This document shows, piece after piece, positions 36,500 through 50,282 of a stretch of 64,000 nt of DNA. Source of the stretch: Geosiphon pyriformis uo1 (lineage: Eukaryota; Fungi; Glomeromycota); assembly GCA_016748015.1 (NCBI GenBank), contig JAAOMT010000009.1:1365924-1429923 (forward strand). Direction: 5' to 3'. The notes under the pieces are model-generated. The model did no database searches. It had not been told where the DNA came from and saw only the letters and a program-made list of their open reading frames with translations. Made by a program: the position numbers and the translations under genes. The first letter of the stretch is position 1. Every line of letters starts with the position of its first letter.

Positions 36500-37639
36500 A
36501 AATTTATTAAATTATATAACTTGTTTTTATTTGTTAATATATCGAATTTTTAAAATATTTATAATAAAAACAGTGTTTTAATAATCTGTAAACATGTTTT
36601 AAACAAATTATTACTTGTAAATAATATAATTATTAGATTAAAAAAATTATATTATGCTGCCAAAATAAAAAAAATTAATATTATTAATAAACACATAAAA
36701 AATTTTTAGACAAATAAAAACCATATTATAAAAAGTATATTAAAACGTTTTTTTAGAAAATTACTTTAAATTATTTGGTAATTTTGTTTTAATCTAATTA
36801 AATTTAAATTTAAATTTAAAATAAATTATATTATAAAATACTAAACTTAAAAAAAGATTATAATAAATATATTATTAATTATTTAAAACAATTTATATAA
36901 AATTTTAAATTATATTAACAATAATACTTTTAAAAAATTATAAAAAATATTTTTTGTATTAAATTTATATTAGTAATAAAAAATCTGTTTAAAGATAAAA
37001 CTGTTAGTTTTTTACAAAATTTCAAATAAATTCTGAAAATATAAAATTTTTTTAATATAAACTATGTTATTAAATATTTTAAATATTTATATTAAGTTAA
37101 AAAAATGTTTAATACATAGAAAAAAGTTTGAGTTTTAATAATTTTTAAATTTTATAACTAAAAAAAAGTTTTTATAAACACATATTTAATTATTTTAATT
37201 GAAATTATACACAAAATTTTATTAAAATTCTTTTAAGTTATATATTTTTAATCTGTAATTATTTTAATATTAAAAAGTATTTTTATTTAAGCTTTTTTTA
37301 TTATTAGTTTAATTATTAAAAATATGATAAAAAATTATAATTGGTACTATAAAACAAAAAAAACTATAATTTAATAAAATAATCTTATTTGTTTTATAGT
37401 TTTTAATTTATTAAAATATATAATAAATTTATTTGTTTTTTTGGTCATATTTATATTTTTTATGTAAACAAAATTATAATTGATTTTAAATTTATTAATA
37501 TAAAATTTATAATTAAATTAAAATAAAGTTTTTTTTTGTAATATATATTTTTATAATATTTTTTTGTATAAAACCAAACTAAAAGCAGAAATATTAGATT
37601 AATAAATTAATTTTAAGTCTGTTATATATCTAATATTAT

Positions 37640-38480
37640 TGAAAATTTTTGTTTTTTTCTTTAAATATTATTAATATTATTTTGTCATTAATTTATTATT
37701 AATAAAAACTAATAAATTTTTAATAAACTAATTTATTTCTAAAGTGTTTTTTTATGCTTTAAACTTATTTATATTTAATTTTATGTCAATTATTTTGTAT
37801 AATTATTTTATAATAAAAGTCAACTCTTTTACAAAAATTGTTAACTATAAGCTTTTTAATAATATATAGCTATTTTATTATAAAAGTTGTTTTTTTTAGA
37901 AAAATTTCGTTTATAAACTTCAATAATATAAAAATAAAAATATTATTAATTTAAATTTAGAATTTATTAAGTATTTATAAAATTAATAACTAAAATATTA
38001 ATTAAAATTTGTAAATTTTAAGCAATAATAATTTATAAAAAAATAGTTGATTTTTCAATGTAAATTTTATTTTGATTAATTTATAAAAGCTAATTACTTG
38101 TTAAAAATATGTTTAAATAAAATTTATTTTTTTAAAATAAAAAGCTTTTTTTTTATACAATTTGTTATACTATTATTTTATAATCTTGTATTTTATTTTT
38201 TACTAATATTTTGGTAAATTAAAAGTATAATTTAACAAATTATAAGTTGTTTTTATGAATTATAAATTATTTTAATAAATTATTAAATATTTTAAAATAT
38301 TTTGATAAATTTTTAAATGTCATATAATTTAAAATATTACATAATTTGATTATTATATTTGATTATATTTATATATTATATAAATCAAGTTATTAATTAA
38401 ATAATAAGTAATAAATTAAAATAATATTATATATTAATTAATAATAAGAATTATAAAAATAATTTTATGTTATTAATAAC
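37640..38480 (-). repeat. Copy of AT-rich repeat R (inverted)
   Basis: The reverse complement of 38400-38480 closely matches 39750-39830 and 26030-26100. Confidence 0.55.
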
Positions 38481-39749
38481 TTTATTTTTTAATAGTAAAA
38501 ACAGACAAAATTTAAAATACTATATTATTACTTAAATAATTTTAAATTTAGCCAATAATTTTTTTATGATTGGGCTGCACTTGTTAATAAATAAATAAAA
38601 ATTTTTTGTTCTTAATAATAAATATTTTTAATAATAATAAAATTAGTAATATTAATTTACATATTAACAGTTAAATTATTTCTGTTGTTAAGCTTAAAAG
38701 ATTTATGTATTTTAAACTTAAAAAAAATTTATTTTAATATAATATAATATTTCAAAAAACTATTTTTTATAAACAGCTTTGCTATTTGGTTTTATAAATT
38801 TTTTATTTGATTATTAGTTATTATATATAAATATGTTTTATATTTAAAAAAGATACAAAAAATAAAACATTCTTATTTAAAAAAATTTAAAATTTAAAAC
38901 TAATTTGTTTTAAAATTTTCTTAATAAATCTATTTATTATTTTTTTTGTATAATATTAAAACTTTTGAACAGATTTAAGCTAAATTTAAAATAACAGATA
39001 TTATTTTTTTTGTTATTATTAGTAGTATTTTAAAACAATTTTTTAAGTATTAGCTTATAAATTTGCAAATTTTAGAATAAAAATTCTTAAATTTGTTAAG
39101 TTATTTTGTAGTTTTAAGAATTAATTTTCAAAATTTTTTTTAGTAAACATAATTTGAATATTTTAAACATTAATATTTCTTTTTTATATTAAGTTTTGGG
39201 TTTTTTTATTTGGTTTAAATATTTTTATGTCTTTTTATAAGTTGTTGGTTTTTTTTATACAATAATATGTTTAAAATAAAACAATTATTAAACAAGTTTG
39301 AAAGTAATTTAAATTATATTATTTTTAAAAAATAAATTAAATTAAATTTCAAAAATTTTGTTCTTAATTAATTTATTTTTTATATTAAATTTTTGGAATT
39401 TTAATATTATTTTGTTTGTTTTTTATTTTATTTTTAATAATTATACTTAAATATTTAAATATTTAAAATTTTTTCAGTTTTGGCTTTTATATTAAAAACT
39501 TTTTACATATTTAAATATAATGTTTTTACTAATAATTTAATTATATTTTTATATTTTATTTTTGTTAAAAATAGTATTATTATATATTTTAATAACTTAA
39601 ATATTGATTTAAAAATTATTTTTATTTATATTAATTGAATTTTATATTGTTATATTGGCTTTAAATATTGTATTTAAGTTATATTATATAAATATTTATA
39701 TTAATAATTAAGCAATTATTGATATATATTATTACTAACAGAAATTTAA

Positions 39750-40060
39750 GATATTATTTAACATAAAATTATTTTTATAATTTTTATTATTAATTAGTAT
39801 ATATTATTGTTTTAATTTATTATTTATTATTTTATCATTCTATTAATAATTCAATTTATATAAAACATAAATATAAATAAATTGTAATAATTAGATTATA
39901 TAATACACCAAATTATATAACATTTAAAATTTGCCAAAATATTTGAAAATTTAATAAAATATTCAACAATTTACCAAAATAATTTGTAGTTTGATAAAAT
40001 ATATTTTTAATTTACCAAAAAATTAAAAAAAAGTGTTAAATCATAAAATAATATTACAAC
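39750..40060 (+). repeat. Copy of AT-rich repeat R
   Basis: Colinear with 26030-26100 plus 27710-27960, i.e. the empty-site version of the LINE C insertion. Confidence 0.6.
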
Positions 40061-40180
40061 AAATTATATAAAAAAAAAGCTTTTTTTTTAAGAAAATAGA
40101 TGATATTATTTAAGTAAAAAAACCAATTTAAAAATATTAAAAGAATGTAATTAACATATAATAATATAGAAAAAACATAA

Positions 40181-40260
40181 TAATATAAAATAATACAAAA
40201 TAATACAAAATAATATAAAATAATATAAAATAATATAAGATAATACAAGATAATACATAA
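40181..40260. repeat. 10-nt minisatellite (TAATAYAARA) x8
   Basis: Directly visible tandem units. Confidence 0.85.
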
Positions 40261-41677
40261 TAACAAAAAATATAGAATAATTAGTATTAGCATAGAATAA
40301 TTAATTATAATATAAAAAAACAAAGCAATAATTAAAATAATAAACAATAGTTAGTAATAACAAACTATTAAAAACAATTTTGTAAAATTAAAGAATATGT
40401 ATAAAAACAAATAGTTTAATAAATAAAAAAAGAACAGTAAAAAAAACAAAAATTACTTTTTTTTTAATATTTTAATCTTAACTTAATAAACTTTTATCTT
40501 ATATATTTTTGAACCAATTTAATAAAATCTTATTATTTAATTTACAAATACATAATTACAATATTCTAAATGTTTAAATCAAATTAATTGTTTTAATTAT
40601 TTTTATTATAAACCAAATACTATTAGCATGAAAATGCTTTTAGAATCTTAATAACTTGAACTTATTGTTTTTAATTATGACAATTAACAGAATATTAAAT
40701 TTTTTTTTATTTTTTATTTTTTTTATAAAGTAGCAATCTTAAAAATCAACTATTTGAAAATATATTTTATAATAGTCTGGTAAAAAAAATTTTTTTTTAA
40801 TTTTGAATATTAATTTTATTTTGTTGACTTATTAAAAAAATAAAAAAACAATACTAAAATTATACAAAAACTAAAATATTATAAACAAGTTAATAAAAAC
40901 ATTAGATTAAGAATTTCAGAAATTAAAGTGATTAAATAAAACAGATTAATAAATATTATAAATTTTTATGCAAAAAAAATGTGATTAAAAAATTTTATTT
41001 TATTGTAATATATATATCTAATACTTAAATATAAAAAATTATAAAATCTTTTTTATATAGTAATTAGCAGTTTATTGTAAATTATTTTTATAATAAATAT
41101 ATATAAACCAATAAAAACTTAATTAATATATTTAATTAACATATATAAATTAAATATTATATTATAAATATAAAATTTTAATTAATATTTTTAATAATAA
41201 ATATATTAATAAATTTGGCTTTAAATTAATTTTTTAAAAAAGATAATTAATTAACTTATAAATATAATAAACAAATTTTTTAACATTTTTTAAATTACTA
41301 AATTATTAAAAATAATTAAGTATTTTTTAAGAAAAAAATATAACAAAAAATATATTTTTTAAATAGTCAAAATAATATAATAATATTTTAATTAACAACT
41401 ATTTTAAAAATAGAATTCAAAATTAATTAATTTAAATTTACATTATTATTAAAGTTTTTCTACTTTTTTCTTAATATTATTAATACTATTTTGCTATTAA
41501 CTTTACTGTTAATAAAAGTTAATAAATTTTTAATAAGCTAATTTTTCTGTTAAAATATTTTTTTATACTTTAAACTATATATATTATTAAGTTTATAATA
41601 AAATAGCCAATTTTATACCAATTATTTGTGTAATTATTTTACAATAAAAGTTAATTTTTTTACAGAAAAATATTATT

Positions 41678-44600
41678 ATTATTATTTTTTTTATTAATTA
41701 ATGAGTGAGGTTCAAATGCTACCTACTGCTATACATCAAAAAAATGATCTAAAGTAGGCATGAATCATGCATTTTCTACACGTGACCAGCCACTCAAACC
41801 AGTCAGAACAACACTACACAGCTATATAAACAAAAACTGAGTTACCAATACCAGAAAAAAATAAGCAACACTTGCAATAACCAAAGCTAACACTGAAAGT
41901 CTCAACCATTCCCAGCAAATTGACCACACCAGCAGAAAACTTTGAAGACAAACCAGGCAATGAAATAGGAATTGAATCATCTAGAAAAATCAACCTATTC
42001 TTCTCCATATATACACAATGTTTCACATGAACCAACCAAATATCATCCCTAAAAGCAAGACCAAGAGAACACATGAACTTGACAACCTTTGAACCAGCCA
42101 CCTTAAGGTCATGGAAAACAAAAACAGCCTTGCGAAACCAATTATTAAAAACAAAACTTTTATGAAGAGCCGCTGACACTAAAGAACCAGAGACACAAGA
42201 TGACAACAAACGCAACACACTTGACAAAGAATAAGACAATCCAGAAAGTGCCTTCCAAGACTCCATGTAGAATTCTAATAACTGACACTAAGCAGAATCA
42301 TCAACTCCACAAGAAAACACATGATTTGACACCTCTACTTCACCACAATATAAGCACAAAACACTAAGATAAGACCTATTATAAAGGTGCTTATGAACAG
42401 CCACAAGTAGTCGATAATGCAAAGCCTTCATGAAATAAGTGCATACATTAGCTGAGATTTTGCTGGTAAAACCAGTGGTCATATGCAAATCCAGATGCCA
42501 TACCAATGAAGAGTGTGACCAATCAATCTCAGAAACCAAATCACTCATCAAAAACTTAACTTCTGAACCTATTTCCCAATGTGTATGACTAATAAAGCAA
42601 AAAACATCTCGGACAAAATGTCTAGAATTACCAAAAATTACAACATCATTGGCCACCAAAAAGTGCTCATCCAAGCAAGAAGGAAAAAACCAACTAGAAA
42701 AAGAGTCAGAACCAGCAATCACATCAGCCTGCTCATTTTCTTCCATACCAGAATAATCTTTGACTTTATATTAGCTAACCCTTAAAATTTTCCCATAAAT
42801 TAAGTTAACAATATGCCAATGCTCAACCCAGTACTGACTGTGAAAATCAGGACACAAAAGACCTAATTCCAACTTGCACGCATCCAAGGCAGATTGACTA
42901 TCTGAAAACAGACAAACTGAATTAAAAGAGGAAATGCATTCCAGGGCCAAAGCAATGACTTGTAGCTCAACCAGAGTGGACGACATCAAATTCAACATAC
43001 CAATGCCTAAATCCAGACCAACATCCTCAAAAAAGGCAGCAGTGCCAGCTTTACAACTGACCATATCCAGATTCCTCAAAGATCCATCTGTGTAGACAGA
43101 TAAACAACCAGTTTCAACATGTGAGAGACAATCACAGACAGACAAAAATTCACCAGAACCAAGAATATTCAAAGGACCAACATCATTCAAAACTGAAAAA
43201 AAAGCAGAAGAAGAAGTCACACCATCAAAAAATGCAGCAGAAAGCCTAAACCAATTAGGGATGGGTCTGCGAGGGTCCAACTTTTTCCACTGCTTAAATG
43301 CATACCAACTAAAAACAGAATCATGATGATCACAAAGCTGATCAACAAAAGCTATACCATAATGCTGGAGAGATGAGAAAAACTTAAAAATCTTGACTTG
43401 CCAAGAACAGCCAATATGGGCACCCCATCATTAAAACAAAATACATTGGCCAAAGAGCCATTCAAAAATAAATTGCAATTAAAAAGTACACAAACCAGGC
43501 CAGCCAGAAAGTTATTAGAAGCATTGACACAAATACGAACCAGACAACTTAATTGGTGAACAGGGTGCCAACACAAAACTTGTAAGTCATAAGATCTGTG
43601 AGAAAATAAGCAGCCCAAAATACCACTGGAGTTCACAAAACTGATGAGAGAGGTAACCTTGTCCTCAGATTAAACCTGCAGAAAGGACTTTAGACCATAA
43701 AAGAAAGGGTGGTGAATCATATCACCAGAAAAATCAAGTGGCAGACCAGATTTGAGTTTTAAAGCCTTGCGAATCATGGCATCTCATTTGTTGCATGCAC
43801 CAACAGGAACAAAGTTAAACTGGGTCCTATAACCAACTATAGGATAGAGAACCACTAAAACTAAATACAAGAGCTGCTTATCTGTGATAGTCTTTCTCAG
43901 AACCAGATTGGTAAAAAAATGAATGTCTGAATAGGCTTTAACTAAACTAGGTTTCGATAGGCTCTCAGTTGAAAAAAAAATACCCAAATATTGATGAGAC
44001 TCTCCTTTTCTGGCAATAAAAATGGGTAAACCACTGATAAAAAGAGAAGAATTGCTGACTCTGCTATTAATAAAGATGGCCACTGTTTTGTCATTGTTAA
44101 TTGAAATGTCATTGATTCGAAAAAATTCACTAGCAATATTGAGAATATGTTGAGTAGTCCTCAGACTGCTACTAACCCAAATTGTATCATCAATGAAAAC
44201 ACCAGCAGCAAAAAATGTAGAAAATCTAACCTGAGATTCAGCACAATCACTCTTGGAAATAAAATAAGAATTCAGTCTGTACCCATATACACTCCTCTGT
44301 CACTTGATTTCGCACAAGAGAGGATCATAAAATATGCGCCACAAGAGAGAAAAAAAGACTTCCCCTTGGTCCAAACCATTATGCACATGATAACCACTCA
44401 TCAGCCCAAAATCTGTCATAACTCAATTGGTGCAATCCCAATGAATACCACTGAAAAACTGAATGAATTTGTCACACATTTTAATCCTAACCAAACATTT
44501 ACTGAGATGCTCCTAGCCAACCGAATCATACACCTTCTTCATGTCCTGTAAAATGAGCCAGAGCTCACGGTTCTTTTCCAGAGCATCTTCAACAATAGAA

Positions 44601-47600
44601 CCAACTGCAAAAATGAGAGACTGAGTAGATATACCCTTCAAAACTGAAAAGTTGTCACTACAAAAAACATCAAACATGCTGCATGTCAACAAAATTTGAT
44701 CAGAAAAAATCTTGGAAAGAATTTTATGAGCTGTCTCAATCAAAGCAATAGGATGCATATTTGTTAATACACCCTCCCACTCATATGGTTTAGGGATCAT
44801 TGAGACCCATGCCTCCTTCTAAGAGCAAGACACTAATTCACATAACAAACAAGAGTTTAAAAGCACCAAAAACATATCCAAAACAGATCTATCACAATGC
44901 TTCCAGAGTTCATTTGAAATTCCAGAAAGGCCAGCAGCTTTGCCATCAGGCAGACCAGAAACCATCTTGAACAACTCATCAAAACTAATTGAACTCATTA
45001 CACCAGAAAAGGCTTCATCAAAAACATAATCCAAAAGTTGATATTGATGATTCCAATCACTAGAGACATCAGTGACCACCTAATGTGATCGAGTCCAACC
45101 TTCCATAATCACATCCACCTTAGACTTCACAAGATCAAACTCCAAAATCAGTTCATTACTCACCATCAGATAGTCTAAAACTACTTTGTGGAAAGGGCAT
45201 TCCAAAACACTTCTAATAGTATGACCCTTGTTCAACTCAAAGCTCTTTATTCTTTTGTCAATTGCCAATCTGATCTAAGACTCCCTAGTATGGTCCAATT
45301 CCAACAACTTAGATAAATGGTAAGATTTTCTGATTTTGGCCAAAACCAACCGAATAGCATTAAAATGGGAACCCAAAAGAAAAAGAGACTTAACAACAGA
45401 GGTGTTAGTAGAATCAAGACCATTCCATAAGCCAAATAGGAAAACAAACTTATCATGGGAAGCCAGATGTGAGACTTTGACAATTCTTAACACCAAAAGT
45501 TCCAATTTGTGAAATCTGGAGGATGTCTTATTAAAGACACTGTCATAGTTCTTAAACCATTTCTTCTTAAAAACACTTTCTGTTGACAAGCACACTATTT
45601 GGTGAAGAGCATTTTACATCGAGTCCAAATCCGAACTTTTCCCAGTAGCACCAAACTCATCACAAAACATGGCAGCATTTGCAGCCATATCTTCTTTGAA
45701 TTTGATTCACTTAACACTATTAGCATTCATAAAATTATATTTCCAACAATCCCTATTTGCCTGTTTATGCAAAAAGTTCAGTTGTACATCCAGCAAACCA
45801 CCAAGACCCATAGATACAGAAACAGCCTTATGATCAGTATCAAAATAGTTATTGACAGCAGCCACACTACGATCTACTACTGCACCAATCAAATTAGATG
45901 AAATAAACATGTAATTAATTGTCTTAGTGACACCACAAGAGTTGCACCAAGTAGGTAACTTTACAGAAAAGCTCCCCCCCCCAAAGAGTTAACCAAACCC
46001 AAATCAAAGCATTTTTTGAGACTGGCACACTTCCGAGAACTATCCTCATTGAAATCACCACTAAGAATAATAAAAGAAGATTCATTAACAGCCTTCGCAA
46101 TCAAGGAATTGATCTCGACAGCTTGGAAAAACCAAGCAGTCAAAGAAACACCAGCATAAAGCCCCAAGATAGAAACCAAAAATTTGTTCTTAAAGAGTAA
46201 CTTAATGCAGAGAAGGCAGCCAAAAACCTCAGAAACCTTACTAACATGCTTAGCTAAAAAATTGTCCAAAACCATCATGACACCAGCTCCAGTATAATCA
46301 GAGACCAAACCAGAAGAGAAAACACGAATGCCATCAAACTTGCTAACCAACCAAGGACAAGTTTTATTCTTCAACTTTGTTTCCATGAGAATGGAAACCA
46401 AATTGCACAAATTTTTGTGCCAATGCACAATGTCTTCCTGTTTTGCAAAATTGTTTATACCTCGAACATTACATGTAGCTACCTTCCAAATGATGTTAGT
46501 TATTGAGAGAGAAGTGATCTAGAACCCAAACCAGCATTTTCCAACCTGGCTGAAAGGCCCATAACAGTTTTCGAAAGAATATCCAAAGTATCTTCCAATT
46601 TAGAAACTGCTGACGAATTGTAAACAACTGTTTTTACAACAGTTCCATTACTAGTGGCTGCACCCGAACCCTCACTTATCACTGTATCCACTCCTTAATT
46701 CTGTGATAAAGGGGTCACCAATAGCTGACATCTAGGGCCATGCTGGAAAACCATTGGTCCAAGTGCATTCAACCTCTTGGCCAGCTTATTAACCTGCTTA
46801 GCAAGGCTGACAAGACTGTGTTCAAGAGCAGCAAACCTATTATTCACATCCAAAGAAAATTGAGAGGGAGATACCATGGCCAACAGTGAACCACTACCAG
46901 AAGACGATAAAGCCATGCGAGAATTGAGACTTCCAGCAACTTGAGCCCAAGTTTTACCAGCAAAAGACATGGAATGAAAGATAAGAGCCAGCTTTTTTTT
47001 ATAAATGCCAGCCAGACAAATCCGATCCTGATCGGAGAACACTCATTTCCCATGGACACCAGAATTTCTACCCAAAGAACAGTTGATTGTAATATGACCA
47101 AATTGTTTGCACTGAATGCAACTGGCCAAAGAAAGACCAGCCCACTGCAAACTCACACCCTTGAAAACAGAAACAAAACCAATAGCAGCCAACTTGAATG
47201 CCTTACTCTCAAAACAAATGACCGCACACTTATTATGAACATATAAACTAGGATTTCGGCCAATAAAGCATGTTTTCCCACCATAAGCTTCCACCAACTC
47301 AAAAAGATTATATGCAGTAATACCAACCAGAAGGGTGTACAACAAAGTGCGATAATGGTTCCTCAAAATCCATAGCTTCTTGTCACTAATGGCCAAAGCA
47401 ACATGCACAGAATCCTTACTCATGAGAACTGATTATTTAGATGTGACCAAACATGCAGTTTCAGTAGACTCAAATTCTACCAAAGCCTTCTGCCAAAGCC
47501 CAATTAATTGCATCTTAATTGATATGATTTTGCCAAATTTGGAGAACACTGCCTCAATCATTGATTTGAGAAGATCTATTGGGATCTCCTTGATGATTAT

Positions 47601-48538
47601 TTCCTGATCTGAACAGTTGTTGATTTTTTTGAGACCATCGTTCACAATTATTTTTTTATTGATCGCCATTTTCCTGGCCTTATTCAAACTAGACCCACTT
47701 GTGAAAGTTGACCAAATAATACCAGGAAATTTTAAGGAAGTTAAGGCTTCCCCAAAACCATCAATTCTGTAAAAAATTTTCTTAATTAAAATCAACTTAT
47801 CACTATTGGTCTTTCCAGACACATTTGACAACTCTACATCCAAGACAAACAATTTAACTGGTTCAAAGACACAATGTTCTAAAACACATAAAATCACAGA
47901 CGACAGCCAATTGGATCTAGCAAATTTAGCTCCAGGAAGCACCAATTTAGTATCATCATCACTCATGTCTGTGAAAGAAATTGCCTTTGGTGGCTGTTCC
48001 AAAATGAGAGTTCTTGTTTGTGTTTTCCTCGGAGTCATATCGTCTTCCATTTTATCAGTCTCAAAAGTGTTGGGATCCATGTAATTTGTCTCCTTAGCAA
48101 TCGTGCTTTCCAAATTCTTAACATCTGACACCTTACTAACACCTGCTTTCTCACTATCCACTTTACTTCCCCAAGATCTCTGCAGCCCAACACCATTACC
48201 ATATAGCATATCCACCAAAATCAGACCATTCGACAAGTCTATAATGCCACCAGAGATACCAGGCAACTTTGTTTTTTTGTATAAAAGACCATGTGAGTAT
48301 ACACTTTCAACATGCGCTTTAATTTTTTTACTGCCAGACCAGAACCCCAACTCAGCCGAACTCGAACTCGAAGCACCAGCAAAAGAGCCCACTGGATCCA
48401 TAGGCACAAATAGAGGTACATTTGAAGAAATAACAAAAGAGATGAAGGGAAAAAAGGATAAGGAAGACTATCTCTTCGACAACTTCAAGCTTTTGTTGTG
48501 GACAAGGGATCAATAAAAAAAAGAGTTTTTAATTATCT
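41678..48538 (-). mobile_element. Full-length degenerate LINE (copy E): ORF1 48407-46500, ORF2 ~46503-41814, 3' UTR, A/TAA tail
   Basis: ORF1 (MPMDPVG.., CIQCKQFGHITINC), APE (GDFNE, TDHKAV), RT, RNase H (VYTDGSL, SDSQ), Zn finger. Candidate TSD AATATTATT at 41669-41677 and 48539-48547. The flanks rejoin repeat R. Confidence 0.92.
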
Positions 48539-49559
48539 AATATTATTTGTAAGTTTTTCAAAATAATATGTAGTTATTTTATTGTAAAAATTAACTTTTT
48601 TACAAAAAATTTGAACTATAAACTATTTAATAATATAAAAAAAAAATATAAAAATTATGTTAAAAAAATTGTTTTAGATCCAAGCTTAAAAATTATTAAT
48701 TATTACTAAAATTAGTAACTAATTAATTTCAAAATATATTAATAAAAAATAATTAATTTTGAAATAATAATAATTAAGAAATTTATGTTTTTTTTAAAGT
48801 GAATTTTTAATTAAATAAATTTGTAAAAAAAATTATTTTAAGAAAAGTTATTTTTAATTACTATTATTATAGATAAACTTGATAAAATATGTTTATAATA
48901 TTTAGTATTAATAATTTAATACTAAGAGTAGTTTACAAATCAAATAAAATTGTATTTAATTGTATTAAAAATTATTAATTTCTAAAAAATTTTTCTTGTT
49001 TAATATTCTATTTATTAAGTTTTTTTGTTATAAAATACACAGATATAATTTTTTTAATTATGTTGTCTTAGTTGTATTTTTTTTTAAGTTAATAAGCACA
49101 ATTATTAAAGTTGGTTTTATATAATTATTTGTAAAAAGTTGTATTTAAGAATTAATATAAAAAGACTAAAAATTTTTGATAATATTAAGTATATTTATGC
49201 CAAAATTATTAAATTTATTAAGATTTTAGTTATTGGTAATTATAAAAAAGTTAACTGTTATATATTAAACTTATATTGAAATTAAAGTTATATAACTTAT
49301 TGCCTAATAATATAAACTTGTTTAATGATTTAAAAAATTTTATGTCTTTTTTATTCAAAAATATGTTCAGTTTTTAAAAGTTCAGAAAAATATGTTATTT
49401 GCTTTCAAATTTGGAATAAAACACCTTTTTTTTTGTGGTTATAAGTACATAATATAGTCTTGTTTGGTTCAAAATACTATTGGCTTCAATAATATTTGAA
49501 AACCAATTAATAATAAAAATATCTATTTTGGTTATTATTATTATTATTATTATTAAAAT

Positions 49560-49900
49560 TAAATTGATCTATGTTAAAACTGTGTTTTGGTTTTTTAGAT
49601 TTTTTTTTGCTGTTGTTGCACTTTATAATATTTTTTTGGGTGTATTTTTTAATAACATCAAAAATGCTTTTGGAGTTTTTGGTAAAATCACTGGTATTAA
49701 ATTGAAGCCTGCTGGGCTGTAACAAAACAGCATTGCTTATTTCAAATCATTTAATGCTGCTCTTGTTTACTAGTAAAAAAAAATAACGTTTAGATTCTTT
49801 TTATTCTCAATCAAAAGAAAGTTATTGTTTCCTGTAATGCATTTAAAACTGGTTTTAAAAATTTTAAAAAGACATTGTTTTGGTTAATAGTCATGCACAG
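49560..49900 (+). pseudogene. Short relic of a LINE ORF1 RRM-like segment (more distant family)
   Basis: NAFGVFGKITGIKLKPAGL*QNSIAYFKS resembles ORF1 AVFSKFGKIISIKMQLIGLWQKALVEFES. Confidence 0.45.
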
Positions 49901-50146
49901 TTAAAGAGAAGTAGGAACCTTTTACATTTAGTAACATAGCTCTTTCAGGCCGACATTTCCCAACCTTTAGCATGACATACCAAAACTAAATATTCACATT
50001 TACAATATTATAAAACTTCTTGTTTTTCGTTCATTTTCAACAGATATGAATTTACTATTCCTCTTACATAGTTAAAAGAAGGTAAAACATTGTTTTATAT
50101 TGTCTAATAAAAGTGCCATGTTGTAGTTCATTTAATTGTGAAAAAG

Positions 50147-50223
50147 CACGAAAAAAATGTTATTTATTTTCGCGATTTTGAACCTGATAAGCATTACCAG
50201 TATTGTACAAATACGTCACGCGT
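50147..50223 (+). promoter_or_regulatory. Candidate G1/S promoter elements (SCB/E2F-like and MCB) upstream of the F-box gene
   Basis: CACGAAA 50147-50153, TTTCGCG 50168-50174, ACGCGT 50218-50223, all within 140 bp of ATG 50283. Confidence 0.45.
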
Positions 50224-50282
50224 AATGTTCTTAATTCTTGCTTTTTTGACGCTCTAACCTTGAACCCCTAGCTTTGGCAATC

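Noticed and set aside
40054-40347. Hydrophobic 97-aa ORF (also 5349-5552 and 49507-49725)
   Set aside because: I/L/Y/F/N/K-rich products of AT-rich minisatellite or decayed TE DNA.
36520-41670. Centromere, replication origin or organellar insertion in the 5-kb AT block
   Set aside because: No diagnostic motifs or organellar genes; parts match repeat R, and decayed TE DNA is the simpler explanation.
44147-44551. Antisense ORFs over LINE/gypsy coding regions (e.g. 44147-44551, 48103-48516, 18843-19277)
   Set aside because: Shadow frames of the transposon ORFs with no independent motifs.
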